A stretch of DNA of 63,251 bases, the filler included, from Licmophora abbreviata (lineage: Eukaryota): NCBI GenBank assembly GCA_900291995.1. It is 10 parts of 10 records of this genome, joined end to end, with 100 filler letters (N's around TTAATTAATTAA, not from the genome) between each part and the next. Parts side by side here need not be neighbours in the genome. Positions count along the whole stretch, not along the records: positions 43,869 to 46,053 come from OLMU01001408.1; positions 46,154 to 47,362 come from OLMU01001410.1; positions 47,463 to 51,402 come from OLMU01001411.1; positions 51,503 to 59,766 come from OLMU01001414.1; 6 more parts are not named here. One strand, written 5' to 3'. The notes beneath the pieces are model-generated. The model did no database searches and had not been told where the DNA came from. It was given only the letters and a program-made list of their open reading frames with translations. Numbering within the stretch: position 1 is the stretch's first letter; each line of letters opens with the position of its first letter. The position numbers and the translations under genes were made by a program. Positions 45,205 through 56,995 of this stretch are shown here, one piece after another.

Positions 45205-46053
45205 GCTGTAGTTGTCAAGAGAAAAGAGGGGAGGAGTGAGCAACACCAGATTCAATCAGTCCGATACAAAGTAGCTGCTGCCCTGCGCACATCATTTGGG
45301 GTACAGAGAAAAGAAGGGAGCTCGTCCTCGTCGTGGTGGACAGACGTACAGCCACTACGGGGCGATCATGGTTTCTTCGTCATGAAATCCTTCCTTCTCC
45401 CTCCTTCCTCCAAAACGTGCAGAAGGCAGCAGCTCTCTCATTGCAGCCTCGTGGAGAGGGAGAGCACCGACACAACTCACATGAAGTAGTTTCTTGTTTG
45501 ACTTTGTGGTCCAACACAACAGCGACGAAGCGACGATGCGATCGATGTGCGGTGGGAAGCGAGAGGCGACCCGGGTTTACCTTTTACCTGGTACTAATCT
45601 GTGTATATTTGTACTGAATTTTGTGTATGTATGATTGTACGAATTTTATGGTATAAATTTTGCACTTCATTTCCAACCGCACGCTTTCACCGAAGCACTT
45701 GGTTTCTCGAGTGGTTGTTGTGAACGAACGAACGAGATCAACCATGTACGTGAATTTCGAGGCAACGGGGCACGATTTGTGACATGACACTGAACGGAAT
45801 AGTGCCAGCAGGAGATGATGTAGAAAAAACAAGAGATCGATGGAGGAAACGACGTCAGGAAGCAACCATGGCGCTGCGGACTGATTTTGGAAGCGGCCCA
45901 TGACCCATTCGCAAGTGGCGAAACCACGAGACGACGCGATGCTCACGTTTATCCTTCTTTCCTTCCCACTCCAGGCCGCGCGGTCCGAAGAAACATTTGA
46001 AGCGCTTGAATGCGCCCAAGCAGTGGAATCTGGGCAAGATGGAGGGCGTGTGG

Positions 46054-46153
46054 NNNNNNNNNNNNNNNNNNNNNNNNNNNNNNNNNNNNNNNNNNNNTTA
46101 ATTAATTAANNNNNNNNNNNNNNNNNNNNNNNNNNNNNNNNNNNNNNNNNNNN
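46054..46153. other. Assembly gap spacer
   Basis: N44-TTAATTAATTAA-N44. Confidence 0.99.
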
Positions 46154-47180
46154 TGTCAACGCGTCTGTCTGGAACACCGACTTGTTCCATTTCTTCATCG
46201 GTTTTGTCGTCGGGCATGTCTCGAAGTGCACCGTAGCTCTCTTCGTTGTTTGACGCCAAGGCAGTTGCACACTTTCGTAGAAGCGTCGACGACACTTCTA
46301 GTGCAGCATCGTTACGGTCGTCGGCATCTTTGTTGGCAAGACCCTCCTTCCATTTCAATACAAGAAGAGACTTGAAGATCAATTCATCCGCATCGATGGC
46401 AATCTGTTTCAGAGGTGCAACCGGATCCGCACGAGGCTCAAAAGCAGCCGTAAGGACCACGTTGCCTCCCTTCAGGGATGTCTTGGACTTCGTGAGGGCC
46501 TGAACGTCAACGTCGTCAGCTCCCGAGAGGACTGTGCTGATTTGGTTGAAAATCGCGGGAAGCATGAATCGACTAATCATCCTTCGTGACGTCCGGAAAG
46601 GTGGAAGCAGGACAGCTACGATCACAAAAGCAAGTGCCCAGCACAAGGCAATGAGAAAGTTCCGCCAGACAGCCAACGCGTTGGTCGTGCCACTCTCCGT
46701 CCACATGTCAGCCACCACACTCAAGCCAGCTTGATTCACTAGCGGTAAGTAGGAAAGGCCAAATAGACCCGACATTGCAATATAAGAGTTCGCGAAACTA
46801 TTGGTGAAGCTGTAGTGCTTTCCAAAGTAAAGCGCTGTGATGAGAAGGGTGAAGACCGAATAAACTGCCATAAAGAAATTGTCTGACACGGACCCAGCCG
46901 CAAGCAGCATGGTGGTGAAACCACAGATCGAAATCATCATTACAATCACTACGGCAGGCACGATGGTTGCGGAGAAGACGAGAAAAGGAAGCACTTGAGA
47001 AAACGTCGAAAGCATCATGCCCGGAATGAGCGCCTGTGAGGGAGGGACCACGCTTGGAATGTCGGCAATGGAAAGGACAAAGCCACAGAAAGACATGACT
47101 CCGACCCGCAGCGTCACTTCAAACTTGTCCTTGTCCCACAGGGACGTGAGGAACCCTCCGTCATCATCAAATTTGGGCAT
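46154..47180 (-). CDS. Multi-pass membrane protein (possibly FUSC/ALMT-like N-terminal half); 3' partial
   Basis: About six hydrophobic segments followed by a soluble helical region; the frame runs into the gap. Confidence 0.55.
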
Positions 47181-47362
47181 TTTGATTTGCTTGTTCTGCA
47201 CAAGGTTTCGTTCCTTATGTTCGAGGAGGGTCGATGCTGATGGATTGAGGTCACTGATGCTGTGATGAAAGAGAGAAGACTTTCGTTTCTTTGGCGTGAC
47301 ATCTGAGTTAGTTTAATACAAGGTTATGAGCTACTTGGAGTATGAGTATGACCTACAATGAG

Positions 47363-47462
47363 NNNNNNNNNNNNNNNNNNNNNNNNNNNNNNNNNNNNNN
47401 NNNNNNTTAATTAATTAANNNNNNNNNNNNNNNNNNNNNNNNNNNNNNNNNNNNNNNNNNNN
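47363..47462. other. Assembly gap spacer
   Basis: N44-TTAATTAATTAA-N44. Confidence 0.99.
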
Positions 47463-47624
47463 CAATCGACTCAAAACAGACATTTGACGGCAGGGGTCCA
47501 GACTGAAAACTGATGACTCATTCGACTGCGTTCTCTCAGAAGAAAGTTGCTGGCGATTTTCATTTTCAATTTTGAGGCCTGACTGTTGATGATCATAAGA
47601 AGCTTTGAAGCAAAGCACACCAAC

Positions 47625-49286
47625 ATGCGACGACTCACAGTGCGGCAGCTGCTACTCCTCCTCCAACTCAAATATCTCCTGGTACTCTGTCGTCCGCCCA
47701 ACTTTGTCATTTTGTTTGCCGACAATCTTGGCCACAATGATATTTCCTTGTTTGGAGCTCCCACCGCGAACACTCCAAACATTGACTCGCTCGGACACGC
47801 AGGACTCAAGTTGAACAACTGGAACTCGGCCGCTCATCTGTGCTCGGCCAGTCGGGCTGCCTTGTTGACAGGAAAGTATCCTGTGCGTACTGGGGTCTAT
47901 CCGGGAGTCTTCAAACCAGGTGCCGTCTACGGGTTGCTGCCGAAGGAAACGACTCTGGCCGAGTATCTCAAGGAGGAGGGCTATGCCACATCAATAGTAG
48001 GGAAATGGCATTTGGGACATCGACCCGACTACCTTCCGACCAATCAAGGGTTCGATGAATGGATAGGGATTCCCTATCACATGTCGGGAGGGTCGATTGA
48101 CAATCATACTTGTGTCTTTGATCAGGATGAGACACTTTGGTTGCCTCTCTATCACAACGAAACCATTGTGCAGCAACCCGTGCGTGTGGAAGACCTGGCA
48201 GGCCGATACGCTTCATCTGCGGATACCTTTATTAGAGAAAAGGCGGAAAACGACATTCCCTTCTTCTTGTACATGGCATTTTCTCATGTGCATCAATTGT
48301 GTGCTCCAAAGGACGGACCGGAGCAATCCGAGTGTCAATGGGCGTCGCCGATGAGTCGAGGCGGAATCAACAAGCCGACAGTTTTTGTTGATGCCGTCGA
48401 GGAAATGGATTGGATTACCGGGCAGATACTCCAGACACTGGATGATGCCGGTGTGACCAATGACACGCTGGTCATTTTTACGAGTGATAATGGACCGTGG
48501 GTAGCGGAGCAGGAGTGCTCCGGAAGTAAGGGCCCGTTTGAAGGACGGTGGCTACAAGAGAATGTCGGCCAAGCGTGTACAGCTTGTCCACACGATTACG
48601 TCGCTCAACCGACACGCGAGAGACCGCGGCGATGCGCCCTGCCTGGGACCGACTTGGATTTGGACGGCGTCCACTGCGGTGCGGATACGGGTCTGGGGAG
48701 TGTCTGGGAGGCGAATCTTCGCATGCCAGCCCTAGCAAGATGGCCAAATCGGATTGCGGCAGGGCACGAAACTATGGAGCTCGTTTCGACATTGGATGTG
48801 GTGCCAACCATCTTGTCGATTTTGGGAAGGGACTTGCCCAAGGAGCTGGACGGCATTGATATATCGAACGTATTAATGGGAGACACCGACAACCCGCCTA
48901 AACATCGTGCTCTATTCTTTTGGAGAGATGGGTATCGAGACGGCCCGCTCCCTGCGCCCTATGGACGATTTGACGTTGCTGCAGCAAAAGTAGGGCGCTA
49001 CAAGGCTTGGTTTTCAACAAAGAGTGCGCACTATAACAACGACGAGGAAAGCTACCACGACCCACCATTGCTTTTTGACGTCCTGACGGATCCAGCAGAG
49101 GCGTACGCGCTGGACCCCAAGGAGCACATGGAATTGCTTGCGAATATCACCAAGCTCGTGGTGGAACATAAGGCGGATGTAGATTGGGCAGCACCTCTTA
49201 CTCTTGCAAAGGACCCTCGTCACATCCCGTGTGTCGACCGAGCCACTCAATGTCGTACTGACCAAGAGCAACGCTCGATAGAATGA
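47625..49286 (+). CDS. Secreted formylglycine-dependent arylsulfatase (S1 family)
   Basis: Signal peptide, PNFVILFADNLG, CSASRAALLTG, GKWHLG, FTSDNG. Confidence 0.93.
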   Translation: MRRLTVRQLLLLLQLKYLLVLCRPPNFVILFADNLGHNDISLFGAPTANTPNIDSLGHAGLKLNNWNSAAHLCSASRAALLTGKYPVRTGVYPGVFKPGAVYGLLPKETTLAEYLKEEGYATSIVGKWHLGHRPDYLPTNQGFDEWIGIPYHMSGGSIDNHTCVFDQDETLWLPLYHNETIVQQPVRVEDLAGRYASSADTFIREKAENDIPFFLYMAFSHVHQLCAPKDGPEQSECQWASPMSRGGINKPTVFVDAVEEMDWITGQILQTLDDAGVTNDTLVIFTSDNGPWVAEQECSGSKGPFEGRWLQENVGQACTACPHDYVAQPTRERPRRCALPGTDLDLDGVHCGADTGLGSVWEANLRMPALARWPNRIAAGHETMELVSTLDVVPTILSILGRDLPKELDGIDISNVLMGDTDNPPKHRALFFWRDGYRDGPLPAPYGRFDVAAAKVGRYKAWFSTKSAHYNNDEESYHDPPLLFDVLTDPAEAYALDPKEHMELLANITKLVVEHKADVDWAAPLTLAKDPRHIPCVDRATQCRTDQEQRSIE

Positions 49287-49345
49287 TTTAAGACTGTTTA
49301 GTAAATGGAAACCCGCTACTTCCTTTATATGGCAGTTGCAACCTT

Positions 49346-49843
49346 TCATGTCGCGGCGATTACAACATGCTGAACTAGTTGAACGTCTTGCGTGAAGTTG
49401 TACACGGCACTGGCGGTACCTTGTGCCTTTGCAATCGCATCCTTGGCGGCTTGCGCATCATCTGGGATGCTGGCGACACCACGATTGTACACAATGGTCT
49501 TGACGTCGCGGTAGTCGTCATAGCTCTTTCGAGCCGCCTTGTTACAGCAACCAGACGGAGGCGCTTGACTCGAGAGTCGATTGTACAGATTGACGTAGGC
49601 AGTTCGATTCAAAAGATGATAGTAGCCAGCCCCCTCTGGTCCCTTGCTGCAGTAGACATAGTCCGTTTTGAGAGGGCCTTTGGACCCTGGCACGTAGATA
49701 GGCTTTCCTTCGGGGTCGTGTTCGAAAACTTCGTACCACCGTTCGTATCGTATCGGCCACTTTGCGTACTTCGAGGCTAGTTCGGGTGCAAACTTGACCA
49801 TTTTCCTGTTGTTTTCCGCTATGCGTTCCTCGGCGCCGCTCAT
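49346..49843 (-). CDS. Hypothetical protein, paralog A of a tandem pair
   Basis: Closely similar to the 50330-50827 product (PELASKYAxWP, DPEGKPI, DYVYC..GPEG.GYYHLL). Confidence 0.75.
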   Translation of the reverse strand: MSGAEERIAENNRKMVKFAPELASKYAKWPIRYERWYEVFEHDPEGKPIYVPGSKGPLKTDYVYCSKGPEGAGYYHLLNRTAYVNLYNRLSSQAPPSGCCNKAARKSYDDYRDVKTIVYNRGVASIPDDAQAAKDAIAKAQGTASAVYNFTQDVQLVQHVVIAAT

Positions 49844-50329
49844 GGTGAACGTCAAAAACCGACAAGAGAAAAAAACGGCGGTCCCACTTCGGTCGTCGTC
49901 GTTATCATCTTCACATGCATGTGATGTGTGTGATGTGATGTCGCTGCAGTGTGTCGCCGATGGGCGCTTCCGGCAGTTGCCTTCGGAGCGTAACTCCTGA
50001 TATAGCTCGAATGGAAACCTCGTGAATACACTGTCCGCTTTGATCATCAGCTACTTCTCTGTATCTCTACCTGATCGTGAGTCTCTCGTCCTGCGTAACT
50101 GTATCAGTTACCTTGGAAGCCCCTTCGTTTCACGGCGGAAGGGACAAATATTGTGTTGATCGGCTCCGATTGAATGGTCCAGCTGTTACTGCGACTGCGT
50201 GTCGTGGGGTGGCTGCTCGACGACTTGCTCAAATGCATCGACAAGAAACAACAGACAGAGCGGGGGTATATAAGTCACACCCCTAGAGCCCTACAGCTAG
50301 AAAACTTCACCTGGATTGTAGGACTCACC

Positions 50330-50827
50330 TCAGTCGTCAGTAGCATTCTTTTGCGCTTCCAGGATCTCACGGATAACTCCGGTCGACTGGTACATGGGCA
50401 CTGGGTGACCATCAATTTCTGCCTGTGCATCATCTGGCTTACTAGCAACGCTTCGATTGTACACGATTACCCTGACTTCTTTGTATTCGTCGTAGATCTC
50501 TCGCGCAGCCTTGCCACTCCAACAGCATCCACGTGTCGGCTTTTCGCTCGACAGTCGATTGAAGAGATTGACATAGGCGATTCGACTTAGCAAATGATAG
50601 TATCCGACGCCTTCAGGGCCTCTTGCGCAATAAACATAATCTTCTTTGGAACCATCCTCTGGTCCAGCAATGAAGATGGGCTTACCCTCCGGGTCGGATT
50701 CAGAAAAGTCGGACCAACGAGGGCGCGCGAGTGGCCAAGTTGCATACTTGGAGGCCAGTTCGGGAACGAATTTTACCAGCAGACGATTGACGTTTTCTAT
50801 CCTGTCATGGAGGCTTTCTCTCATCAT
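50330..50827 (-). CDS. Hypothetical protein, paralog B of a tandem pair
   Basis: Paralog of 49346-49843; diverges only at the termini. Confidence 0.75.
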   Translation of the reverse strand: MMRESLHDRIENVNRLLVKFVPELASKYATWPLARPRWSDFSESDPEGKPIFIAGPEDGSKEDYVYCARGPEGVGYYHLLSRIAYVNLFNRLSSEKPTRGCCWSGKAAREIYDEYKEVRVIVYNRSVASKPDDAQAEIDGHPVPMYQSTGVIREILEAQKNATDD

Positions 50828-51218
50828 GGTGAACGTTGAAGGGTCCTGGGGAACAGCGAAGATTTCCGTCTCGGATCGCCATTGTCGCAACGTCGACAGA
50901 GCCGAGAGCGCAGGTCGATTTGGCGCGCGTTTTTTGGAAGACCTCGCGACCTCCAATTTCGGATCTTTCGTCCGACAGGCGTCCGTGAGATGTTTTGGTG
51001 GAGGGGATGAGCCGCAAGATTGGAGCCGTCCACACCGGCGGCGCCGTCGTCGATACCAATATGCTTGGGAACACCAAACCTTTGGGAAGTTGCTCTTCGC
51101 GTCTCTGACTGTTTGCAAAAGGATCGAACCCTCATTTACGACGTACAGTTGCGATCTTAGTGTCGTAGAACGGAGGAAAGCAGAGCAAAATTGAATTCAG
51201 CATCGTATCCTGTACATC

Positions 51219-51402
51219 ATGGCAGCTCCCGCCTCTCGTCCGGTTCATCCATGCCTCTTGTCGGTATTTGACGGAAATACCGGCGGCGAACACTCCATAT
51301 GGGCACATCTAACATCAGCGAGTCACGATCAGCTGCCCGACTTGGTCACTGCGCAGGGGTCCACACTCCAGGTCTATAGCATTGACGAAACCACAGGCAA
51401 GC
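51219..51402 (+). CDS. 5' fragment resembling the N-terminus of CPSF1/DDB1/SF3B3-family beta-propeller proteins
   Basis: EHSIWAHLT...DLVTAQGSTLQVYSID pattern; truncated by the gap. Confidence 0.45.
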
Positions 51403-51502
51403 NNNNNNNNNNNNNNNNNNNNNNNNNNNNNNNNNNNNNNNNNNNNTTAATTAATTAANNNNNNNNNNNNNNNNNNNNNNNNNNNNNNNNNNNNNNNNNN
51501 NN
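51403..51502. other. Assembly gap spacer
   Basis: N44-TTAATTAATTAA-N44. Confidence 0.99.
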
Positions 51503-54230
51503 GCCAATGAAGCGGTCGGCGGTACTACGGCGGTGTGTAATTGCACTCGAGAGACACAAGGGCTGTTCCACTGACTACGAACGACATTCTCTTGTTCTGG
51601 CTCTTTACCACAAAGAGCTCTCGTCTGTCGTTGAACAGGATCAGACGATAAGAAACCTTGACGCAACGCCATTTGAAGACGAGCTTGAGCTGATTGATAG
51701 ACGTCGTGATGTAATCGAGATTCTATCTTCATTCTTTCGAGGCGACCTCAAAGAGAAACGCCCGCAGTTCACGAGTTTCTTCGTTCCTTTGCAAGTGCCA
51801 TTTAGAATGGACAGCCTTCAAGTACCACGCCAGTGTGGTATCTTGGGTGCCGACTCAGGGGAGTTTGACCCACTCGAACCTCTTCAGTCATTTATGAGTG
51901 ACTGTTCCGATAGCACGGCGATAGCTGCATTAGCACCACTCGGAGTGCCGCTGGGGCTGTCAAGTGCCTATGTTCATGCCCGCTTCCTGCTTGAGCGATT
52001 CAGAGTAAACGGCACCGCTCCTGATTTTGAGCGGGACATCTTTCCAGTTTTGAAGCGTCTCAAATCGGCGAGAGACCAGCGGGACCTATCGGAGTGGTGT
52101 GCCGCCAGATACGACGACACAGATGCACAGAAACTGCTGTGTGTCGACTTCTCTCTGAAGAGTGCAATGAAACTTTCTGGTGAGATCGAACAACGGATCG
52201 AAATCGAGAAAAGCAAACGAAGGCACATGTCGGAGAATATTCCGCTGGAAACGGAAGAGGCAAGCGCTCTCGAAGCTGTGAAACGGCTCAGTGAAATGAA
52301 ATCGGGGCTCTCCGACAAACAGGAAGTAAACCGCATCCTTCGGTCTGGTGCGTTTGGCTCGTCGGACCAACTATTCTTGGTGAGAGAGATGATCGACGAT
52401 CTCACCCTTCGACTGCAGGCGAGTTTTTGGACCAGCAGCGACCCGTCCCCAGAGAAATTCGTGGAAGCTCTTCTAACTGAGGCGTCGATGCTTGCTGCCA
52501 TCGAATCATTTCGAAGTGACAAGACATTTTCTATCGAACACTTTCGCAACATGGCTTCAACCGTCCATCAAGCCTGTAAGGAGATCTCCGAGCAGTACTC
52601 GCATGTGCACATTGGACAGATCTGTCGCGATGTTTCCAGGCGATGGCTTGTCCACGGAGACGAAGTTTCACGTTCGACAACAACTGAGGACGCTCCAGCG
52701 ACGATTGACTCCGCCACAGCCACGTCGAATGGCATGTCACTCTCGACAATCGACCAGACGGACGACACCATGAGCTTCGTCATGGACTTGAATCAACTCG
52801 GTGAAGTGGAAGCGGTATGGTCGGATGACGTTGGCTCGTCATCTTTGGTCAGACCATCAGAGCCCGAGCGCGTGACCCTACAGGAAGAGCCCTCCGCTTT
52901 TGTCGCGAACGGCTCTGCACGTGAATTGTCCGAATTCATTGCTTCCCGGGCGGCACTTCGAGTCGCATTCGTCATGTCGTTTGCAGACGGCTACCATTCA
53001 TCCACGTCGGTAGTACAGTCGAACGAAGAGAACCGTAGCGGGAATCTAAAGGAAACATCGAAAAGTTCGTCGACGAGCAAAACACGGTTGCGCCTTTTGA
53101 CGCGGATGACTGGAGACGGCCCGAGTCGCAAGGCAAACGTGATGGAGCACGCCCGAGAACTTTTGCGGCTGGTGTTCGCCAAGGACCGAGACACGGGCTC
53201 TCCTGGAAATCCTTCCAGGTCTTATCTGTCGGAATGTGAGTCCACTACCCCCTCGCAGTTAGGAAAGACACTGACGTTCGCGATGCGGTACCGCGCTCTT
53301 CGAACAGCATCGATCCTTTGTCCGCAGGAGGCCCTCGAACTTGTCATGCACGAAGAGGGATATCTGAACAACGCAAATGGCGAGGCGATCTGTACCCTGC
53401 AGAAATGTGCCTTTGGATCTTTTCTTGCCAAGGAGATAGAGGAGATGGGTCTGCCGCTTCCCCACTCGGACCTCGTCATGCTGAGTACCATGCATTTCCC
53501 GTCATATTCAAGGGCTCTCTGGCGGCATCATCGTGACCGAGCGAACGGTCGCCTGCTCTTGTTGCTGCTTGAAATGAGCTTGAAGTCAGAGACGGAATCC
53601 GATCATAGCCTGACTGCCGCCTTGCTTGAGGAGATGACCCGATCACAGCTTCCCAGAACTCTCCTAGGTGGATGCGAATCCATTGCGCTCTCTAGAAAGA
53701 ACCACAAGTCCAATGCTGTACAGCTGTTGAAGGAAAATCCCGCATCCGTCTTATCAGCTCTTCATACGCTCGGCATGGGGATATTGAGTGAAATTCATTT
53801 GCAGTTGTCCAAGGATGGCGAGACAGCGTCTCAAGATTTGGTGATAGCGTCGCTCCCAACATTGCGGCGACTGCAAAAGCTCGTACAAACGTTCTCCGAT
53901 ATCGATGGAGGTACAAGCAATCTCTCCGAATTCATCGAAGTATTGTTTGTACTCTTGGACGCAAGTCGCTCTTCTGGCCTCCTGAAGTTTTCGAATGCTA
54001 TCGCTGAGCTTGTGTTTGCCACGTGTACGTCTTTGTCTGATCCGAATGAACGGCGCGAACGGTTGGACAAGCTCTCTTCTTATCGCAGCGCAAGTGCCGT
54101 GCTCGTTGAAACAAGTGGTCGTAACGGTGGGATCGATACTGCTCCTGCGAGCACTGTCTCGGCGAAACTTCGAATCCAAGAAGAATCGTACCATTTGCGT
54201 CCTCTTTCTGAGGCGGGTATCGGCGGATGA
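51503..54230 (+). CDS. KNTC1: Kinetochore-associated protein ROD/KNTC1 homolog, C-terminal part (5' partial)
   Basis: LTFAMRYRAL...FLAKEIEEMGLP...ALWRHH closely parallels my recollection of the Rod_C region of KNTC1 (LTFAHRTRAL...FLASFETLNIP...GLWKNH). Confidence 0.65.
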
Positions 54231-55563
54231 TGACTTTCATTGTTGGTTGCGCTAAAAATCGGGATGCTAGACATTGGTGTACGGTACAACTTGACTCAAG
54301 CCAACACTGGACTCTATTTCTGATCAGATGTAAGATAACTACGTCTAGCCCGAAGACAGAGCATTCATACAATCCATTTTTCTTGTGACGGTCAGTCATA
54401 CCCGACAATAGAAGCGCCATCATTCAGCAAGAACCAAGCCCGAACCGGAACTCGGCCCGGCTGAAGCAGCCACACCACAACCTCATCAATCGCGGTAAAA
54501 GAGAGACTAGAAAGTGCCTCGGCACTTTCTCAGCGAGGGGAACAGGGTCCCAGGGAAACAGTGTCGTTTGGAGCCGATGCACCGCCATCGCCAGCACTTG
54601 AATCAAAGTGCTGCATGAAGGCGGCAAGCAAAAGTACTGGTGCATGACACCGAATCAATTCAACCCAACTCGGCAACATAGTTCAGGCCACCGAAGCGGC
54701 GGATCGCACAATTGCAAATGGACGTAGGTCTTTCAGTCTTCGTCGGACGAAAGAGACACCCCAGCAACGTTTTCGGTACAGGCGTCGCCGGACTCCTCCA
54801 AATCGTTGTCTGAGTCTTTACGAGCGTCCAGGCCATAATATAACCCGATGCTAAGAAATATTTCCAACCTAGTGGCCAAGCATTTTGGTCGGGTGTTCCA
54901 TCGCCGTCGTTTTGCTGTCCTTTTTGCCGTCGATACTCGTCGCAGGCTTTTTACCATCCCAGTTGCCGTCGATACTCTGCGCAGGGCTTTTTGAATCGCG
55001 ATGCCAAGGAAGCTACCGGGGCATCAACATTGCTGTAGTGAGTCTAGATGATCTTGGCGGTATCGATGCTTTCAAAATATGCTTCATTCTCATTCAAGAA
55101 CTAGCGAAGGGCAAAATCAATGGTAGTGCCAATCGCGCGACCCTCTACCCGCTCAACGAGCGCTTTCACGAGACGCGTCTTATCGCCTCCGAAGCGATGA
55201 AAGACAGCAAAGTAAAGAGTCCCTATCATCGACACACTATGTTAATAAGCAGATGAATAGGTGTTCGTCAATCTTTGTTGATTGCTCTTTGTCACCACGA
55301 TGCACGGTGCGTTGATTTGGAAGCGTTGACGTATTTTGCTTTTCGTGAGAGAACCCGACAAAAAATGATGCGATGCGATCGATGCATACTATTATAGGTT
55401 ATCCATCATCGTGGCTTGAATATTCCTATACTCCTCTGCAAACTGTACCTCAAATCGGAACTCGAACGCGACACCCAACTGTTCCCTAGCGGTTCCTGCG
55501 CGCTCTCGTCTCGGATCGGGTCTCACCATGACGAACTCACGATCTCAATCACCACACACCAGC

Positions 55564-56649
55564 ATGGCAGCACCAGGACCCCGTTCGCCCGCCCCTACCC
55601 CCAGATCAGCCAAGCAGTCGCCGGCGGAGAGCAATGCATCCAAAACGCGGTTCATTGTTCTCATGTTTGTGGCGCATGGCCTTCTAAACAGCTTGTTGTT
55701 GTCTGTTTGGAATCCCATGCGGTGTGCCTTCTGGTAGGTCGCCACAGAGAATCAAAATACGCGAACGAGTGGGAATCGACATGACCCTCGAACTGTCTTA
55801 CGAGCCTGACACCTTTTGCCTCCTATAGGAACAAATCAAGATGTTCGAGCGACGAAGAATGGATGTGCAACTGGCAATCCTTTTCGCATCTTCACGTGAT
55901 GATTTTGCTGGGCGTCATGGCCACATCCCTTCCGCCGCCTCCCCTCGATCGACTCTTCCTGTCGCGACTAGCACATGTCTGTGCAGCACTTTCTGTAGTC
56001 TATCTTGTGGAAGGCATTTTTGTATTGGACCGGTTGGACAAGTCGTTCGCGGCAGTGCAGTGCATATCCTTTCTCGTTACGCTCGTTTCCGTTCTATTCG
56101 TGACTTGGCAGGCCGAACATCAAGTCTTCTTTGGAATGGCTCCTGCGGTCTTTTTGAAGCGCACAACCAGCTACGATGCACGGTCGAAACTTCCTGTGGC
56201 GAGTGTCATGCTATTTCTCCAATTGTTCTCGGCATCGATGCGCGTTTTCGACATGACGTTTGGATCGGGACGACAAGCGTACTTGGGCGACATGACAAGG
56301 TGCGTTCCAAGAAACGTAACGGGAGTCTTCATACACTGTGTCTAGCGGTGATTCGCCCAACCGACACCTGACTTTGTCTATCTTGTTGCGTCATAGTCCT
56401 GTTTACCAGGCCATGTCTAGTTTGGCGGTGTGCGATATGCTAATCTCGGCTCTCATTTTGCTGTTTGCCTTGCGATATTGCACGGTAGGCCAGCAAAAGA
56501 GTGTCTTGATCGGCCAGGCCTTGGTGCTCTTTGTTTCGCTGTCAATGCTTGTAGGCGGTCAAGGAGAGAGAATCGACCCGGATATGGCAAAAGCTGGCGC
56601 GTTTGGGACTTTTCTCTTCCTGGTCGTCGCCATGGTGGGTGCACTGTAA
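55564..56649 (+). CDS. Hypothetical multi-pass membrane protein; exons 55564-55733, 55829-56299, 56397-56649
   Basis: Three hydrophobic ORF pieces are joined in phase by GT-AG introns 55734-55828 and 56300-56396. Confidence 0.7.
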
Positions 56650-56995
56650 AATGAAGACGAGCCAGGTCAAGATGGACATAGTACGACTTTCCACGGAACG
56701 AGACGCCTGACCCCGAACCAGTCTACTTTCTAAAATGTGTGTGCGAGAGGCTACCGTTTTCATCGATACCGAACAATCATCGACACATCTGTCCCGCCTC
56801 AAAATAATTATATACACAACTTTCATGAATTCGACAATCATTATCCTACAATTCGACGTACACTGAACTACCATCGCTTCAACGTAGCAACAATCATCTG
56901 TAGACAATGGCTAATTGCGCATTGAGCTCACCCTTCGACAACTTTCTACGCAATCGCGTAGCCAGCCCCGACGAACGTCGCTCTAACGAGTATGT

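Noticed and set aside
54300..55260. Short ORFs between KNTC1 and the membrane-protein gene
   Set aside because: No coherent frame or splice pattern; cannot support a gene.
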